From contig CAZSZC010000004.1 of assembly GCA_964610775.1 (NCBI GenBank), positions 1-63,712 of the forward strand: a stretch of DNA of 63,712 nucleotides, read 5' to 3'. Shown in pieces: positions 59,871-63,712 of the stretch. The notes under the pieces were generated by a model that saw nothing but the letters and a program-made list of their open reading frames with translations, did not search any database and was not told the DNA's origin. Made by a program: the position numbers and the translations under genes. How positions within the stretch are numbered: the stretch's first letter is position 1; the number at the start of each line of letters is the position of its first letter. Source of the DNA: an uncultured Candidatus Saccharibacteria bacterium (GTDB taxonomy: Bacteria; Patescibacteriota; Saccharimonadia; Saccharimonadales; JACQNP01).

Positions 59871-62800
59871 TTAGAAAACTGGTGGCAAGTTATTAACTGA
59901 GTCGTAGGTTCCCGTCGTATTAGATGAGCTAGCACTCCAAACCGTTTGCTGCACATATATCTCTGGGCTGAAATTAAAGACTTCGGAAATGTTACTATCA
60001 CTTGATGGTTCGGCACCCGAAGCGGGAGCGGAAATAACATCCTCGCATAACCAATTATCGCCCCATGTTCCGTCATGATTATCAGGACCACCAATTGCGG
60101 CCGAATCTGATGGTTCGCTGATGCGTACACACCTTACCTGTTTGCCATTGCTTGGATCTCCTGTTATTTGGTTAGTCCCTTGCCAAGTATTATTTGGTGA
60201 CACCATAACCGAATTTGCCCATCCAGGAGCGGAAGAATTAAGTGAAGCCGCACCCGGGAAAGGTTTTGGACCACCATAATAAAACTTTAAGTTATGTCCG
60301 GCTGCATTGTTGTAGCACAAATAATTATCTTCCCAGCTAGTGGCATTGGTATAAGGAGGCGTATTATCTACAAGCCACTCTGTTGGTTCTTTAAACATTA
60401 CGCAGGTCTTACCATTGCCCCTTGGATCACTTATTTCTTCTTTGTAGTTCTCGTTCAAAGTATTCGGAGTAGTGCCAGTAATTTTGAGATTATTAATACT
60501 CGTGAACGCTGTCATAAACGGAACCCACTCCAAACCATAGCGACTAACTGCGCCAGGATCCGTACATAGCCCGTTATCATGCCATGTACCTCTTGACGCC
60601 CAGTCACTACCCTCTTCGATACGTATACAATCAGCTGATATTGGTGAAGGTGCAGGCACAATCGAACCGAACGTGAAATTAAAGTTTGTATCGGGATTTG
60701 CTAGGCCATTACTCAATGAACCGTTTGTTCGAAGCAGCTTTACTTCCTTGGCTATGAATGATCCATTAACCGTCAATTTATTAGCACACCCATTTGCACC
60801 ACTAATAGCCATTAGATTTCCGGCTATTTGTGAATTGCCATTTGCACAGGTAATTATCTTGCCTTTGCTACCGTCTGATAGTGGCTGAGCTATATATAAG
60901 CCATCTAGTTGAGCTGTCTGATTATCTATGTATATGTTCCCTTTAACAATAAGTGTGAAGTTTGGCGCGTTGTCTATACTGCCAAAATTAGCGTAAATTA
61001 TATTGCCAGCAATAACTGCGTCACCGTTCACATATACCGTGTGTTTTTTGTTATTGGCTAAAGTTGCGGTATTGATCGTTACATAGCTATTGCCAGCCGA
61101 CGGACTTACATAGCTGATTGTGGCACCATTGCCATTCTGGTCACCGGCAGTAATGCCGCCAGGAGTAACGCTTGATACCTGCGCACCAGAACCAGGAATA
61201 GTGTTCCTGCTGAAATAGTCAGGTATACAGCTACCAAGCCCACCTTGTCCGCCGTAATCTGACTTAAGAGTTTTAACACTTCCGACGATATTGGTATTGG
61301 CAAATGTCTGATCATTCAACGCATCACCAGCCTTCATACCAGAACTAGGCACCTCCTGAATCACGCCAAGAGCAAATAAGCCAAACTGCGCCCCAGTACC
61401 ACGCATATAGTCATAGCTTGCTCCGCCCTTATTAAAGCCTCTAAAAGTAGCATTGCCGCTTGGTGACGAGCATTGTGATGTCCCATCATCAAATCCGTAC
61501 CCCACTGCAGCATCATTCCCGTAGACTTTATAGTAAGGCATACGTCCAGCTTTTTTGCTATTAGAACAACGAAGCGTTGCATAAAAATTTGAACCAGATT
61601 GATAATAATCATACGGTCCACCTGCATTATGATTATTGCGTAGCCCATTAAGTAAGTCGGAGTCTGCAGGTGCAACCCATTGTATTCGCCAAACAATATT
61701 ATAAGTACCCGGACTCGTAAAAGTTAAATTGAATGCCGCAACTTCATTACTTATAGTTGAGCCTCCCGGTATAGGCTGAGCATTTAAATTTATTGGAGTA
61801 TTGCCGTTTGCAAAGTATCTATTGCTAACCGTAGCAACCCGAGTTCCGTCTGGCACATCAAGTCCTATGTCGTTATGCACGGCAATACCTGACGACCCTG
61901 GTGAGTAATTAAAGTTGGCTCTTGCATCGAATGGAGTATTTACCTCTATATCCCCACTAGGTGTTGTTGCGATGGAACCACATTGAGGCATCGCACATGG
62001 ACCAATCGTTACCACACCAAGACGCACCTGTCCCTCGACAGAGCCATTGGATCTTTTGTCAACTACATTAATAATAAAGTCATGTCTATAGGCATCATTA
62101 TATCTGGCTATATCAGCCGTAGGCACCATCCACCAATCATGAAATGCAGCCGGAGGTCCTGGCCCAACCGGAACGCCAGGTGCCGAGTTGTTAGCGCCAT
62201 AAGTCCCAATAAATGCCAGATCCGTTAGTGCGGGTGGACCAGGTGTCCCCTTCGCTCTTTTGTCCATATATACCTGTACTTCCGTAGGATAATAATCTAG
62301 ATCTTGAGCATAGCCTTTAATTGCAACATCTTGATTCCTGCCCGTAGTTGTATCAAACGGCCCTAAGTTACAACTGGCACCTTGAATGCTACCCCAGGGA
62401 TCGACATAGATTTGAATGTCACGCGATATCGTTCCTTCTTCGCATGGATTAAAATCCCAGCCATTTGTACTTACAAACGATTGTTGTATACATCTATACC
62501 CTGTAGGGGCATTCCCTGGGTTAGTTATATTATTAATAGCCCTGACTCGAAATCGTATGCGTATTTTTCGTATAGAATCAATCCCTTGTCCCGGGTTTGG
62601 ATGATATTGGAAATCATCAACTGACGCCCTGTAATCACCCTGTGTAGGACCACCATTATTAAGCGTAACGACGCTACCAGCGCCAATATTATCTATATAA
62701 CCGGCACTACTCCCATCTGTTCCATCTGGATTTACATAAACAACATCAACACTCATAATCTTTAGTCGTGATTCTGGCACTTCGTTTAAGTTCTGACAGA

Positions 62801-63116
62801 CTGCACTAGCCCAGTTAAAGTTCAAATCGACTGTCTGAGCGCCATATGTAACTGTTGTTTCGTCAGACCCATTCGCCCCAAATACACCAACCCAATATCT
62901 GAATGCTGGCGAGATACCATAATTCAAGTAATTACAGTTCTCTAGCTGATCTTTTTCGTATGCTGGTATGCCATATGGGGGAGGTCCAGTATTATTTACA
63001 AGCGGTGGATTCGGGTTGAGTCCAAATGCTGCAGCTTTTTTGGTTCCAAAAAAAACAACAAATCCAAACGCAATAACTAATACAAGTAGGAGTTTTAGCG
63101 AACGATTATGGACCAT
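59871..63116 (-). CDS. Large secreted Cys-rich T4P-associated adhesin candidate, 1081 aa
   Basis: Signal peptide ending KAAA; PilX-C-like NGSFIAKEVKLLRT..SEVFNFSPE; three CxxxxE..WxDNxLC repeats. Confidence 0.8.
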   Translation of the reverse strand: MVHNRSLKLLLVLVIAFGFVVFFGTKKAAAFGLNPNPPLVNNTGPPPYGIPAYEKDQLENCNYLNYGISPAFRYWVGVFGANGSDETTVTYGAQTVDLNFNWASAVCQNLNEVPESRLKIMSVDVVYVNPDGTDGSSAGYIDNIGAGSVVTLNNGGPTQGDYRASVDDFQYHPNPGQGIDSIRKIRIRFRVRAINNITNPGNAPTGYRCIQQSFVSTNGWDFNPCEEGTISRDIQIYVDPWGSIQGASCNLGPFDTTTGRNQDVAIKGYAQDLDYYPTEVQVYMDKRAKGTPGPPALTDLAFIGTYGANNSAPGVPVGPGPPAAFHDWWMVPTADIARYNDAYRHDFIINVVDKRSNGSVEGQVRLGVVTIGPCAMPQCGSIATTPSGDIEVNTPFDARANFNYSPGSSGIAVHNDIGLDVPDGTRVATVSNRYFANGNTPINLNAQPIPGGSTISNEVAAFNLTFTSPGTYNIVWRIQWVAPADSDLLNGLRNNHNAGGPYDYYQSGSNFYATLRCSNSKKAGRMPYYKVYGNDAAVGYGFDDGTSQCSSPSGNATFRGFNKGGASYDYMRGTGAQFGLFALGVIQEVPSSGMKAGDALNDQTFANTNIVGSVKTLKSDYGGQGGLGSCIPDYFSRNTIPGSGAQVSSVTPGGITAGDQNGNGATISYVSPSAGNSYVTINTATLANNKKHTVYVNGDAVIAGNIIYANFGSIDNAPNFTLIVKGNIYIDNQTAQLDGLYIAQPLSDGSKGKIITCANGNSQIAGNLMAISGANGCANKLTVNGSFIAKEVKLLRTNGSLSNGLANPDTNFNFTFGSIVPAPSPISADCIRIEEGSDWASRGTWHDNGLCTDPGAVSRYGLEWVPFMTAFTSINNLKITGTTPNTLNENYKEEISDPRGNGKTCVMFKEPTEWLVDNTPPYTNATSWEDNYLCYNNAAGHNLKFYYGGPKPFPGAASLNSSAPGWANSVMVSPNNTWQGTNQITGDPSNGKQVRCVRISEPSDSAAIGGPDNHDGTWGDNWLCEDVISAPASGAEPSSDSNISEVFNFSPEIYVQQTVWSASSSNTTGTYDSVNNLPPVF

Positions 63117-63711
63117 TGTGACCCGCCCCTATTGACTTATCTTCGCTCAATCTTTTATTCTGTTGCTCTCGGAATTCTATAGCTACTTGTAAATTTGGCA
63201 AGCCCTTTATATTGGGGTTAGACGCGACTGCTTTATCAATTTTTTCAGCTATAAATATCTTGTTTAGCTTATCGAAGTTTAGGCGAGCATTTTTCGCATC
63301 TTGAGTCATTACGTAGTAGTTAGTAGTAATCATTAAGCAATTCGGGTCTTGATCATACTTTTTGAGCAGTTCAATCTTTTTAACCGTTTCGCCTAGCTGC
63401 TGTAACTTGGTGGTTTGAAGATTATCTAAAGCTTGCTTTTGAATTCCACCCGAATAATCTCCAGTGCAGACAGTAGAAAGCTTAACCTTACTAACTGCTT
63501 GCTTATTGAGCTTTTTGTACCCAAACAAAACACCGATTACCAAAACAATGGCAATAATGATGAAAAATGTAATGGTCTTTTTATTAATAAAGGGGCTTTG
63601 CGTTGATCTGGCTGGCGAAGATTCAGATACAGTATTTAAACTGTTGGAAGAGTTGGGAACTTGGGTGTTTGTTTGGTCACTTGGTAAATTAGCGCCCTTT
63701 TTTCTAAAGAG
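63106..63711 (-). CDS. Membrane-anchored hypothetical protein, 5' truncated by the window edge
   Basis: The frame stays open from 63543 to the window end (..LFRKKGANLPSDQ..TITFFIIIAIVLVIGVL). Confidence 0.75.
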   Translation of the reverse strand, partial: LFRKKGANLPSDQTNTQVPNSSNSLNTVSESSPARSTQSPFINKKTITFFIIIAIVLVIGVLFGYKKLNKQAVSKVKLSTVCTGDYSGGIQKQALDNLQTTKLQQLGETVKKIELLKKYDQDPNCLMITTNYYVMTQDAKNARLNFDKLNKIFIAEKIDKAVASNPNIKGLPNLQVAIEFREQQNKRLSEDKSIGAGHNGP

Positions 63712-63712
63712 T

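Overview
Chromosomal window from a small-genome CPR bacterium, most likely Candidatus Saccharibacteria (TM7). Support: the 16S signature GGCGGACGGCTGAGTAACGCGTAGG, standard code 11 ORFs, a monoderm-type type IV pilus locus without pilQ, and CPR-type hypothetical proteins. Left to right: 5' end of 16S rRNA (with a V1 insertion), gyrA/gyrB, an LPxTG surface protein, a VirD4/HerA-like ATPase, an AT-rich regulatory gap with two divergent small transcription units, yifB/comM, infC(AUU)-rpmI-rplT, an orphan purD, rnpB, an ASCH-RNase HI fusion, queA, a mini 6S-like RNA, a degenerate SF2 helicase, a T-box-led thrS-miaA operon, tgt, nrdR, GT2, aroK and six tRNAs. An accessory island at tRNA-Asp holds two tandem att-delimited cassettes with paralogous genes, then a cupin, Kup and a GGDEF protein. 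The window ends with ndk, a Xer-type recombinase and a complete T4P cluster with two major pilins sharing an identical 158-bp 5' block. The strongest candidate for an undescribed system is the integrase-less cassette array at tRNA-Asp; the pilin repeat and several unannotated small RNAs/ORFs come next. All family assignments are by eye from motifs; no database search or folding program was run.
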